64,000 nt of DNA from Minisyncoccota bacterium (GTDB lineage Bacteria > Patescibacteriota > Microgenomatia > PFEM01 > JAFGMK01), in NCBI GenBank assembly GCA_016927565.1, contig JAFGMK010000008.1, forward strand, positions 1,115 through 65,114, read 5' to 3'. Positions 55,355-64,000 of the stretch are shown here, piece by piece. The position numbers and the translations under genes are program-made. The notes under the pieces are model-generated. The model was not told where the DNA came from and made no database searches. It worked only from the letters and a program-made list of their open reading frames with translations. How positions within the stretch are numbered: the stretch's first letter is position 1; every line of letters begins with the position of its first letter.

Positions 55355-55720
55355 ATGAAGCCCGCAATTAAGAATTATTTAATTATTATCTTTCCGGTTT
55401 TGCTGATAGTTTTGATTGTTTTTTCTCTGATCCGGTTCAGAGCCCGGGAAAATCAGTCTGAGCTATTAAATCTTCAGATTTCCAATTTTGAAGAATGTGC
55501 GATTGCCGGCTGCCCGATTGAGGAGAGCCGGCCTCGCCGGTGTACCGGGCCTGATGGCCAGAGTTTTATTGAGGAGGCTGATCAATTTGTCGGCGATGAC
55601 CGGGACGAACACGGTTGTATCGGTTCCGCCGGTTATGCCTGGTGCGAACCAAAACAAAAATGTCTTCGGTTTTGGGAAGAGCCTTGCGGACATGAAGCAG
55701 TTTTCGATATCAGTAAATAG
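55355..55720 (+). CDS. small Cys-rich secreted/anchored protein
   Basis: 121 aa. N-terminal TM/signal. Six Cys in the mature part. Confidence 0.4.
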   Translation: MKPAIKNYLIIIFPVLLIVLIVFSLIRFRARENQSELLNLQISNFEECAIAGCPIEESRPRRCTGPDGQSFIEEADQFVGDDRDEHGCIGSAGYAWCEPKQKCLRFWEEPCGHEAVFDISK

Positions 55721-55737
55721 CCGGAATTCTTTTTAAG

Positions 55738-56268
55738 ATGCTGGGTAATTGCTTTGTTTTACTGATAATGATTTTGTTATCGTGTTTTTTGCTGGTCGTT
55801 ATCGGTAAGGATCTTTTGTTTAGCGGAACGATTTTTTTCGGTCCCGTTTTTGTTCCCAGCGCTGAGGATAAGTTGAAATTGATGCTGGAATTGGCCGAAC
55901 CCAAACCAGGTGAAAAAATCGTTGATCTTGGCTCTGGAGACGGAAAAATTTTGGTTGAATTAGCCAGAAAGGGTTATCAATCAGAGGGAATGGAAATAAA
56001 TCCGATTTTGGTAAGACGGTCCAGAAAGAATCTGCGGAAGCTGAGATTAGAGCAATGGGCAGCTGTCAGGCGGGCCAACTTCTGGAAAAGTGATTTCTCT
56101 TCTTATGATCTAGTTTTTCTTTATGGAATGAAGCACGTAATGAAAAGGTTGGAAAAGAAAATGCTTGCCGAATTGAAACCGGGAGCAAGAGTGGTTTCCA
56201 ATTATTTTCGGTTTCCCGATTGGCGGCCGGAAAAGGTAAGGGATGAGGTTAGGCTTTATCGCCGCTAA
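55738..56268 (+). CDS. membrane-anchored class I SAM-dependent methyltransferase
   Basis: 176 aa. N-terminal TM. Motif I 'KIVDLGSGDGKILVELA'. Confidence 0.6.
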   Translation: MLGNCFVLLIMILLSCFLLVVIGKDLLFSGTIFFGPVFVPSAEDKLKLMLELAEPKPGEKIVDLGSGDGKILVELARKGYQSEGMEINPILVRRSRKNLRKLRLEQWAAVRRANFWKSDFSSYDLVFLYGMKHVMKRLEKKMLAELKPGARVVSNYFRFPDWRPEKVRDEVRLYRR

Positions 56269-56369
56269 AAAAGGGTGCTTGTCTTTTAGTTAAGCCGGGT
56301 TCTAACGGCCGCTTCTTGCATTCCGGCATTGATAATGATTAATATAATCATAAAGTCAGCTGACGGATA

Positions 56370-57089
56370 ATGGATAATACTGAAGATTTCAGATCAGTTT
56401 TTAACCAAATTGAGGATCATCTCAGAAAGATTACCGATTCTGAGGCTAATGTCGGTTTTGCCCGGTTGGTTGATCTTGCCAGTGTTCAAGATGGGCTTGT
56501 CAGGACTTTCGAAAGAGACTTAAAGCAGTTCGGCGATTTAAGAAATGCCATTGTCCATGCTGTTGACGGCCGGTTTTTAGCCAATCCTTCAGAAAAATCA
56601 GTGGAAAAGCTGAGATATATTTATAAGCTTCTGACCAGACCGCCGACAGCTTTTGATATTGCCACGCAACCGGTTGAAACCTGCGATTTGAATTCTTCAA
56701 TTCTGGAAGTGGTCCAAAAAATGGTCAGTAAGGATTTTACCAATATCCCTGTTTTGTCATCAGGTCAATTTGTTGGTGTTTTTTCCGAGTCTTCAGTGGT
56801 TAGGTGGCTGGGGGATTCGGGTGAAAAGGGCGGTTTTATTCTTGATCGGACTAAGATAGATGAATTAAGAAAGTATTTTGACTCTCCGGAAGGCAAATTC
56901 GGCAGTTACAAATTTACTGCCAGAAGTGTCAGTGCTTATGATATCAGAAACGAGTTTCTAGCTTTGACAGTTCAAAAAAAACGACTGGGGGCGGTTTTTG
57001 TTACCGAACATGGTGATAAAAAGGAAAAAATATTAGGAATAATTACCGCTTGGGATTTGCCGCGGATTGAGAAGTTGGTAGAGGATTAG
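56370..57089 (+). CDS. CBS-domain pair protein with N-terminal uncharacterised domain
   Basis: 239 aa. Two CBS-like segments ('FTNIPVLSSGQFVGVFSESSVVRWL', 'LGAVFVTEHGDKKEKILGIITAWDL'). Confidence 0.6.
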   Translation: MDNTEDFRSVFNQIEDHLRKITDSEANVGFARLVDLASVQDGLVRTFERDLKQFGDLRNAIVHAVDGRFLANPSEKSVEKLRYIYKLLTRPPTAFDIATQPVETCDLNSSILEVVQKMVSKDFTNIPVLSSGQFVGVFSESSVVRWLGDSGEKGGFILDRTKIDELRKYFDSPEGKFGSYKFTARSVSAYDIRNEFLALTVQKKRLGAVFVTEHGDKKEKILGIITAWDLPRIEKLVED

Positions 57090-57472
57090 GGATAGAACTT
57101 GTCGGATTGCCTGGCTTAGACAGGACGAAAAGGCGAATAAAGCAGGGCAGATTTTCTTTAAAAATGAAACTTTTTATGTCGGTTGAAATGTGTTACAATA
57201 AATAAATCAACAATCCAAAAACAACCGAAGAATTACTAGCTGCTTTTTATAAAAAAGGCGGCCGGATTAACGAATTTTACCTCCAGGGCAGGAAGAGCAA
57301 ACCTTCGCTTGTTTATCTTAACGGCTGGTTTGGCGGCCGGAATATCCGTGAAGCAATTCTCAAGGCTTTTCTGGGGTGACAATAATTTTTTTGACGCCAA
57401 ATCTACCCGAAACTTTGTTGGTTCCAGGTATAACTTGGCTCTTAATTTCTGTTAGAGAAATTGAATCAGGAG

Positions 57473-57796
57473 TTAGTGGAAACTTCTTCTTGAACCCCGG
57501 CTGTCTCCTCCAAAGCCCCCCTGCCGATTGTCAAATCTTGGTCTGTCTTCTTTCGGCCTGGCAACATTAACAATGATCTTTCTACCCTCAACCTCAGTGT
57601 CATTTAGCTTAGCGATTGCTTCGTCGGCTTCGGCGTCATTTTCCATTTCTACAAAACCGAATCCCTTGCTCTGGCCGCTGTAACGATCAGTAATAACCGC
57701 ACAGGAAACGATTTTGCCGAATTTGGAAAAAATTTCCTCAAGTTGGGCATTGGTTACACTGTAAGGCAACCCGCCAACATATAGTTTTTTAGCCAT
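57473..57796 (-). CDS. RRM-domain RNA-binding protein with Gly/Arg-rich tail
   Basis: 107 aa. RNP2 'LYVGGL' and RNP1 'KGFGFVEM'. C-terminal 'RQGGFGGDSRGSRR'. Confidence 0.75.
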   Translation of the reverse strand: MAKKLYVGGLPYSVTNAQLEEIFSKFGKIVSCAVITDRYSGQSKGFGFVEMENDAEADEAIAKLNDTEVEGRKIIVNVARPKEDRPRFDNRQGGFGGDSRGSRRSFH

Positions 57797-57979
57797 AAAT
57801 TTTCACCACCCTTCTTTTTAAAAAAAATTGGTCTCTGTCTGAAGGGTAGAAAAAATCTTTTCAGGATGTCTTCTCACCTAAATAGAAGAAACACTTATTT
57901 AATTTTCCCCCTTTAAAAGGGGAATTAAGATATTATAACACGGCGGAATGTCAATATCCATCCGGCTATTTTTTAACTA

Positions 57980-60760
57980 CTATTCGGTTTTTTCTTCTTT
58001 TGTTTTTTCTTTGACGATTCTTAAATCAAAATAGAAGACAGTACCCTTGCCCAGGTTTGAATCAACCCCGATCCGACCGTGATGAAGATCAATAATTTGT
58101 TTGCAGATATAAAGCCCCAGGCCGGTACCGCCGGTTTCGGCTACTGTAGCAAAGGATCGGTCCAGCCGGCCGAATTTCCGAAACAGTTTGGGGATGTCGG
58201 CTTTGGCGATTCCCCGGCCGGTGTCAGTTACTCGGGTTGAGAGCATCTTGCCTTTTTTGTGGAAGGTGATCACAATCTGGCCTCCAGAGTCGGTAAACTT
58301 TATCGCATTGCCGATCAGATTAGTTAAAACTTCTCTGATTTTGTCCGGATCCATCATAACCAGGGGCAGGTTTTTTTTCGGCAGTTCTAAAAACAGTTTG
58401 ATTTTTTTGTTTTGGGCTTTGATTTTCAATTCTTCGATCGTTGTCTTGACGATTTTGGCTATTGAGCCGGGAGCGGTGTTAAGCGATAACTTTCCTCCTT
58501 CAATTCGGGAAACAGTCAGCATATCCTCAACCAAATTAATCAATCTTTTGATTGAGGTCGCCGCCCGGTCGAGATAGAAATGTTGTTTTTGAGTGATTTT
58601 TCCGGCCCTGTTATGAAGCACCATCCAGATATAGTTGTTGGTGGCAGTCATGGGAGTCCTTAGTTCGTGGGAGGCAATAGAAACAAATTCGTCTTTCATC
58701 TGATCCAATTCTCGTAATTTGGCATTGGCCCTTTTTAATTTATTGATGCTTTCCTGAAGCTGGATATATAAAAGGGTGTTTTCCAAAGCAATGCCGGTCT
58801 GGTCAATGACGCTTTGCATTAGATCTCTTTCCCGGGAGAAAATTTCCCGCTCGGCTTTTTCCCAGCCGAAGATCAATAAGCCTAAAACCTTATCTTTGCT
58901 GATAATCGGGTAAATCCAGTAGGTTTTAGTCTGAAGGGAGGCTTGCCAGCCTGTAAGTTTTTTGGGATTAATTGCCGGGGAAAAGATTTCAGCCAGATCT
59001 TGGGTTAAAAATTCTCTTTTGGTAAAAATGGCTTTGGTCAGCAGTCCATTTTCCTGATCAATTGGGAGATAAATATCTTTGACTTTGATTCTTTTCCTAA
59101 TCAAGAGAAGATCAAGATTTGATTGGCTGGTTACTGCCTGATAATAAAGGCGGTTTTGTTTTTCATTGATGAGGCTAATTAATCCAAACTGGCATTTAAG
59201 TTCAGCCGAGAGCGCATCGACAATTTTTTGGCAAAGGGTTTCAAGATTAAATGTTTGCATAATGATTAAATCCAATCGCCGCAAAGCCGCCAAAAAACGG
59301 TTTTGCTCCCTGAGTTCGGAAGTAGCTTTTTTAATTTCCTGAGTTAGTTTTTGATTAAAAAATCTGACCTCAGAGAAAAGCCTGGCATTTTCAATCGCGA
59401 AAGAGGCTTGAGAAGTAAAGGCTTCGAGCAGGTTAATATCGCTGACAGTCATCGCGTCGGATGGTGGTTTCTCGCCCAAGATCAGAAGGCCGATCAGCTC
59501 CTGTTTAATTCTGAGAGGGTAAATAATCGAAACATCATTCTCCTTCATTTTTTTAACAATTTCGGGCAAAAGGTTATCTCCCGGAACATTGCTTCTTTTT
59601 TCCGTTTCCTCTCTGATTATCGGGCTGTCATTTTTTTCAACACAGTGGATAAAAAAATTAAGGTTTTGCTGACTAAATCTTCTTGGTGGCGAACCGATAG
59701 ATTTAAGGCTAGATTTTTTCGGTCTTTTTTTCGGCAGGAGCACAAAGGCAGCGAAGCTGATATTTAAACCGCGCCTGAGTTCTTTTAAAAGACTTTTGAT
59801 CATTTGATCGAAGCCGACAGTTGAAGAGAAAATCTTAACCAGCCTTTTTAACAAAATCTCGGGATCATAACCTGTTCTGAGCAGATAATGGCGGGTAAAA
59901 GTTTCAACTCTTTTATAAATTCCCAAGAAGCTAAAAGAAACGAAGATCATTGCTCCGGCAATGGGGAAAATAACTTCTTTATGAACCGGATAACCGGAAA
60001 TAATTCCGTAAGCGACGGCTGCCAAACCGCAAACAGTTGAAAATGCCAGGGTAGTGATCAGTTTGCTGACCAAGTCGCGGGCCACAATCCTCAGGTCCAT
60101 CAATCGATAACGAATAATGGCAAACCCGATAATGGCCGTCATTGCCATCATAAAAAAGGGGCCGATCCAGATAAAGCGAAATTCTCCGAAAAAAGGCAGG
60201 ATAACATTATAAAGACTGGAAAAAACTCCCGGCAGAGATAAAGAAAAAAGGATATATTTTAGCTGGAGTCTTTTCAGCCCAGACGCTTTTTTATAGCCTA
60301 AGACTAAATTTTTAAAGGAAAGGCCATAATAAATAAAAAAGGCCACCATCCAGACAATGTAAGCCGGACCCAGGGTGGCGTGGTGGGTAGTCAGGTCAAT
60401 CTCCCCGATAAAAAAAGAGGTGCTGATTATCGGGCTGAGTAAAAGAAGAGGTAAAAACAAAGAGACCTGCTTCTTAAGGGAAATATTAATTTCCTGAAAA
60501 GGGAAAACTTGGGTAAACCATAAAAAGGCTGGTGCTGAAATCAGGCCGCTGACATAAATCAGCCAACACCAAAAATAAGCATTAAAGAATCCGTCTGCGT
60601 CTCTGAAACTCGCAATCGAAAAAGCCCAGAAAGCGCCGGCCAGAGTTAAAAGAGAAAACGATTGATGAGTTTGTTTTTTGGGTGACTTGGAATAAATAAA
60701 ATAAGCCAAAACCAAAGATAAAAAAGACAGTAGATAAAGGAGCAGATTAATAAAATCCAT
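57980..60760 (-). CDS. sensor histidine kinase with N-terminal multi-TM sensor and cytoplasmic GAF-like region (no adjacent response regulator)
   Basis: 926 aa. About 7-8 TM helices in the first 260 residues. H-box 'ASHELRTPMTA'. ATPase N/G boxes 'LIGNAIKFT', 'GGTGLGLYICKQI'. Confidence 0.8.
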   Translation of the reverse strand: MDFINLLLYLLSFLSLVLAYFIYSKSPKKQTHQSFSLLTLAGAFWAFSIASFRDADGFFNAYFWCWLIYVSGLISAPAFLWFTQVFPFQEINISLKKQVSLFLPLLLLSPIISTSFFIGEIDLTTHHATLGPAYIVWMVAFFIYYGLSFKNLVLGYKKASGLKRLQLKYILFSLSLPGVFSSLYNVILPFFGEFRFIWIGPFFMMAMTAIIGFAIIRYRLMDLRIVARDLVSKLITTLAFSTVCGLAAVAYGIISGYPVHKEVIFPIAGAMIFVSFSFLGIYKRVETFTRHYLLRTGYDPEILLKRLVKIFSSTVGFDQMIKSLLKELRRGLNISFAAFVLLPKKRPKKSSLKSIGSPPRRFSQQNLNFFIHCVEKNDSPIIREETEKRSNVPGDNLLPEIVKKMKENDVSIIYPLRIKQELIGLLILGEKPPSDAMTVSDINLLEAFTSQASFAIENARLFSEVRFFNQKLTQEIKKATSELREQNRFLAALRRLDLIIMQTFNLETLCQKIVDALSAELKCQFGLISLINEKQNRLYYQAVTSQSNLDLLLIRKRIKVKDIYLPIDQENGLLTKAIFTKREFLTQDLAEIFSPAINPKKLTGWQASLQTKTYWIYPIISKDKVLGLLIFGWEKAEREIFSRERDLMQSVIDQTGIALENTLLYIQLQESINKLKRANAKLRELDQMKDEFVSIASHELRTPMTATNNYIWMVLHNRAGKITQKQHFYLDRAATSIKRLINLVEDMLTVSRIEGGKLSLNTAPGSIAKIVKTTIEELKIKAQNKKIKLFLELPKKNLPLVMMDPDKIREVLTNLIGNAIKFTDSGGQIVITFHKKGKMLSTRVTDTGRGIAKADIPKLFRKFGRLDRSFATVAETGGTGLGLYICKQIIDLHHGRIGVDSNLGKGTVFYFDLRIVKEKTKEEKTE

Positions 60761-60814
60761 AAAAAAAGGATGGCTTTAAACTGTCTGAAGTATAACCTCC
60801 GAATTAAATCAAGG

Positions 60815-61804
60815 TCAAGCTGGAACAGCTTCCATCGCGATTGATTGTCCCCAGACTAAGGTCTCATCTCGTCTAATAACACTCAGGCCGATCTCTGTTA
60901 AAAACCTCGTTGTCTCTCTCGGATACCAAACCGGGTTAACATCTTGAACATCAAAACCAAATTGAGTCATTCTTTTAACGGCCCTGATAGCTCTGACCAC
61001 TGCTGCGGGACTTTTCAAGATATTTCTCGGTACAATCTCACTCATAAAGTGTTCTTTACATGAAACGGGATCAAACCGGCCGTCTCTGAGCATATGAATA
61101 TTAAGGGTAGTTGGGCGGCCTAGGGTAAATTCCGGGGAAAAGCAGTCTCCGGCAAGTTGCTGAAACTCTTGGGCGGGTAAATAAGTCATTCCGAAGTTTG
61201 ATACAAACAAGACTTGATCTGGATCAATTTTTCTAATCACGTTTCTAATTTCAGAGGGAAGGCCCCTGCCCAAATCTTGAGCCAGAAAATGGCCGTTTCT
61301 AACTCCGGCCTTGCCAATGATCGCCTCGGCTGTTTGTTTTAATTGACCGTTTTGATCTATTGTTATGTAGCCCGCCATGGTTCTTCTTTGTTCTGCTGTA
61401 AAGTAAGTTGCCAGAGTTCCGGTCCCACCAAAAAGATCGACCACAAGATCTCCTTTTTGGGGATTTACAAAGTCTCGGGCAAAAGGCCCAGTTCCAGGCA
61501 AAAAGCGCATCACGTCGTCAAATCCTGGTTTTCCTTCTCCCGCTAAGCCACAACGCCAAGGGGCCCAATCAGCCCAAAAATTTTCCTGAGCTAGTCTGAT
61601 CACATCTCTAGCCTGAGCCGCCTCATCATCTGGAAGACAATGGAGAATTTTTGCCAAAGGCCCCGGTCGAAGTGGCTCCCCTTGTCTGTATCTCGCAAAG
61701 AGAGCTTCGGTGGTATTATTTTCTCTTGTCAGTGTGACTGGAGGTGTTCTGTCTTGCTTTCCAGCTCGTGGTTGTTCTGAAGCGATGGCCTCAACAGTTG
61801 CCAT
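60815..61804 (-). CDS. putative SAM-dependent methyltransferase (GC-rich ORF)
   Basis: 329 aa. 'LVVDLFGGTGTLATYF' resembles motif I of class I methyltransferases. Otherwise unassigned. Confidence 0.45.
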   Translation of the reverse strand: MATVEAIASEQPRAGKQDRTPPVTLTRENNTTEALFARYRQGEPLRPGPLAKILHCLPDDEAAQARDVIRLAQENFWADWAPWRCGLAGEGKPGFDDVMRFLPGTGPFARDFVNPQKGDLVVDLFGGTGTLATYFTAEQRRTMAGYITIDQNGQLKQTAEAIIGKAGVRNGHFLAQDLGRGLPSEIRNVIRKIDPDQVLFVSNFGMTYLPAQEFQQLAGDCFSPEFTLGRPTTLNIHMLRDGRFDPVSCKEHFMSEIVPRNILKSPAAVVRAIRAVKRMTQFGFDVQDVNPVWYPRETTRFLTEIGLSVIRRDETLVWGQSIAMEAVPA

Positions 61805-61926
61805 TTCTTTAACTCCTTGTTAAATCTTAATATAAAAAAGTAATCCTATAATAATATTATTGTTTTTAGTTGTCAAGTTTTGTTTCCTGTTACTGGTAAA
61901 TTAGTCTTTTTTTGATAACGAAAAAA

Positions 61927-61951
61927 CCCCGCTTCAACTAGCGGGGTTTTT
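61927..61951. terminator. intrinsic terminator hairpin (bidirectional potential)
   Basis: Stem CCCCGC/GCGGGG with 8-nt loop, A-run before and T-run after. Lies upstream of a GC-rich structured intergenic region. Confidence 0.45.
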
Positions 61952-62336
61952 AAAAATTAACCCTAAATTAACTTGCCTTAATGGCAAAAATAGAAACTGT
62001 CTGATTCTTTTACTCATTTCTATAATAATAGGATAACACGACCCGCCAAAAAAAACCAGAATCAAAAACACACCGTTACCCTGAGTAAAGGGAGGGGTTC
62101 CCGGCTTGAACCCAAAGGGATTCTTCGGCTTTCAGCCTCTGAATAACGGGGCGGGGATTTTTCCCCTGCCGTTGGCGGGGTCAGAATGACAATGGATCAA
62201 GACGCTGTTCAACAGCTTCACAACGCAATTCGTACTTGCGGAAATGTTTTGTCAGTCTGTTTCAAAAGCCTGAGATGATACTTACCAGAAAGTGAAAAGA
62301 ATGATAGTATATTTTCACTATTAATTTTTAGAATTT

Positions 62337-63194
62337 ATGCTTGCCCGGATTATTAAGACCAGCCGGCCTATCTTATGGCTGGCTAATTGGACTTCTTTAA
62401 TCATTGGTGTTGCCGCCGCCGGAGAATCGAAGTTGTTCTGTCCCGGATTCTTTGCCGCCGCTTTTTTACTGGGTTTTCCTTATGCCCTTTTTGTTTACAG
62501 TATCAATGATTATTATGATGTCAAGTCAGACTGGCTGAATCCCCGCAAGGGAACGGCTTTGGGACCGAAACACGAAACAGAATTTGTCAGACTATTGCCG
62601 AGGTTGTCATTTTTGGGATTTATTACCACTCTAGTCGGCTTGCTTTTTTTTGGCAAAGAGGTGATTGCTGTTTATTTTGTTACGAGTCTGTTTTTATATT
62701 TTTATTCGGCCAGGCCAATCCGTTTTAAAGGGATTCCGGTTTTGGATGGTTTAATTGGCGGCGGGTTTTTTTTAACTTCAGGCGGTCTTTTGGGATACTT
62801 AATGTTCGGACAAACAATTAGCTCTCTCTTGACTTCTTTTCCCATTGGTTTTTTTGTTCTCTTTGTTGCTGGAACAGCCATCCATTTGGTCGGGGCCGCC
62901 CTCGATATTGAACCTGACAAAATGGAGGGAACAAACACCTCAGCGGTTTTTTTTGGCTATAAAACCATCGCTGTTTTCTGTATAAGCATTTCCTTGTTGG
63001 GAATCCTGGTGGTTAGGCAAAATCTCTTTTATTCGCTGGAACTTTTTTTGGCGGCTGTTCTAGCTGCCTTATTGTTTTTCCCGATTATCAGAAAGAGCAG
63101 CCTCTTAAAAATAGTGATTTCAGAGACAGTGGTCTTATTTACTTTCCTTGTTGTTTTCGGGATTGGCCTTATTAATCTTGATTTATTGAGGTAA
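62337..63194 (+). CDS. UbiA-family prenyltransferase
   Basis: 285 aa, about 8 TM. Asp-rich 'INDYYDVKSD' (NDxxDxxxD) motif. Confidence 0.65.
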   Translation: MLARIIKTSRPILWLANWTSLIIGVAAAGESKLFCPGFFAAAFLLGFPYALFVYSINDYYDVKSDWLNPRKGTALGPKHETEFVRLLPRLSFLGFITTLVGLLFFGKEVIAVYFVTSLFLYFYSARPIRFKGIPVLDGLIGGGFFLTSGGLLGYLMFGQTISSLLTSFPIGFFVLFVAGTAIHLVGAALDIEPDKMEGTNTSAVFFGYKTIAVFCISISLLGILVVRQNLFYSLELFLAAVLAALLFFPIIRKSSLLKIVISETVVLFTFLVVFGIGLINLDLLR

Positions 63195-63220
63195 TTGAGA
63201 GGCGGAACAAAACAGAGTTG

Positions 63221-64000
63221 ATGAAAAAAAGATTAATCTTTAAAGATTTGGTAATCTTACTGCTGGTGGTTTCTTTTTGCGTTTTGGCTTTTACCGGAAT
63301 CCTGAAATTCAAAAAAGTTTATTCATTTTTACCGGCTTCCTCCCTGCCGGATCTGTTTTTAGCCAGGATAACTAAGCTTCATGAATTTTCCGCCTTGGTC
63401 TTAATCTTTTTGGTTTTGACTCATTTATTAATCCAGAGAGCCTGGTTTAAGCAGTTTTATCAGCGCTTTTTTTCCGATCCCAAAACCCAATCATTGTTTA
63501 TGTTTTTTTTACTTTTTCTTTTGCTATTCTTAATTGCTCGATATTTATTTGTCAGACAGCTGTTTCCCTTTTCAAATAGTAGCCGAACTCTAAACCAGTT
63601 AGCGGCGGTTGAGGTCCGTCAATATGAGGGGGAAAACCTGTCTTCCATTAAAAGCTTTCGGGAAAACTCGATTAAAGGGCCGCAAAAAATTGATATTGAC
63701 AAGTACCGGTTTGAAATTACCGGATTAGTTGGAAAGCCGGCCTCGCTAACCTATGAAGAAGTTTTAAATCTGCCTGTTTATAACAAAGTAGTTACTCTGA
63801 ATTGCGTTGAGGGTTGGAGCAGTAAAATATTATGGGAGGGAGTCGTAATTAGCGATTTGCTTCAAAAAGTCCAAGTCAAACCAGAAGCTGATACTATTAT
63901 CTTTCACGCCTATGATGGTTATACTACTTCCTTGTCACTTGATTTTGTTCAGGCCAAAAACATTCTTCTGGCTTATAAAATGAATGGTGTAATCCTGCCG
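63221..64000 (+). CDS. membrane-anchored molybdopterin oxidoreductase of the sulfite-oxidase/MsrP(YedY) family, 3'-truncated by window end
   Basis: 260 codons with no stop before the window end. N-terminal 4 TM with His residues, then 'KIDIDKYRFEITGLV...VTLNCVEGWSSKILWEGV' typical of the Mo-binding domain. Not in the ORF track because it has no stop codon. Confidence 0.6.
   Translation, partial: MKKRLIFKDLVILLLVVSFCVLAFTGILKFKKVYSFLPASSLPDLFLARITKLHEFSALVLIFLVLTHLLIQRAWFKQFYQRFFSDPKTQSLFMFFLLFLLLFLIARYLFVRQLFPFSNSSRTLNQLAAVEVRQYEGENLSSIKSFRENSIKGPQKIDIDKYRFEITGLVGKPASLTYEEVLNLPVYNKVVTLNCVEGWSSKILWEGVVISDLLQKVQVKPEADTIIFHAYDGYTTSLSLDFVQAKNILLAYKMNGVILP

Noticed and set aside
57797-57979. CCCCCTTTAAAAGGGG hairpin between the RRM gene and the kinase gene as a terminator
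   Set aside because: Short 4-bp GC stem, and no U-run in the orientation needed for the minus-strand kinase gene.
62080-62200. Attempt to identify the GC-rich region as RNase P RNA, SRP RNA, tmRNA or a TPP riboswitch
   Set aside because: The CCCGGCTT and CTGAG fragments are reminiscent, but the obligatory partner motifs (AGTCCGGGC P4 strand, CAGGTCCGGAAGGAAGCAGC, tag-peptide ORF plus TCCACCA, ACCTGATC) are absent on both strands.
1-64000. CRISPR arrays, rRNA and tRNA genes
   Set aside because: I scanned intergenic regions by eye for regularly spaced direct repeats, for rRNA conserved blocks and for T-loop/anticodon-arm patterns. None was found. The only repeats are the GNAT-flanking elements and the RAYT-associated inverted repeats.

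Overview
The window is a gene-dense (>85% coding) stretch of a low-to-moderate GC bacterial genome, most likely from an uncultivated lineage. It carries an ADI-pathway pair (arcC/argF), a short valS, FeoAB, an RRM protein, and many hypothetical secreted or membrane proteins. I found no rRNA genes, no convincing tRNA genes and no CRISPR array. About 70 coding regions are supportable.

Composition is strongly heterogeneous. The first ~14.6 kb is about 27-38% GC. It contains mobile-element debris (a degraded HUH/RAYT-like transposase with flanking inverted repeats), a sugar- or antibiotic-type modification operon (carbamoyltransferase, SAM-methyltransferase, unknown protein, APH-like kinase), and two non-homologous GNAT genes that share the same conserved non-coding 5' and 3' flanks.

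Two GC-rich islands (about 14.8-19.2 kb and 28-35.9 kb, near 50% GC) carry three large secreted proteins with C-terminal dockerin-like modules. Two of these are paralogous PQQ-type beta-propeller proteins.

The most coherent candidate system is at 39-45 kb. It combines a promoter with a perfect palindromic operator, two NifX/COG1433-like cofactor-binding proteins, an AhpD-like protein, a zinc ribbon, a MinD-like ATPase with a double 4Fe-4S ferredoxin insert, a CDF transporter fused to a zinc ribbon, a DUF134 regulator and FeoAB. A ferritin-like gene and an Fe(III)-type ABC importer lacking a binding protein lie just upstream. Together these look like an uncharacterised iron and Fe-S cofactor trafficking locus.

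Other notable items: a CRP-geometry palindrome ahead of a MacB-like ABC pair that ends with a Crp/Fnr regulator gene; an IS481/IS3-like transposase remnant; a GC-rich structured intergenic region (62.0-62.3 kb) next to a terminator; and a thiol-disulfide/ICMT envelope module.
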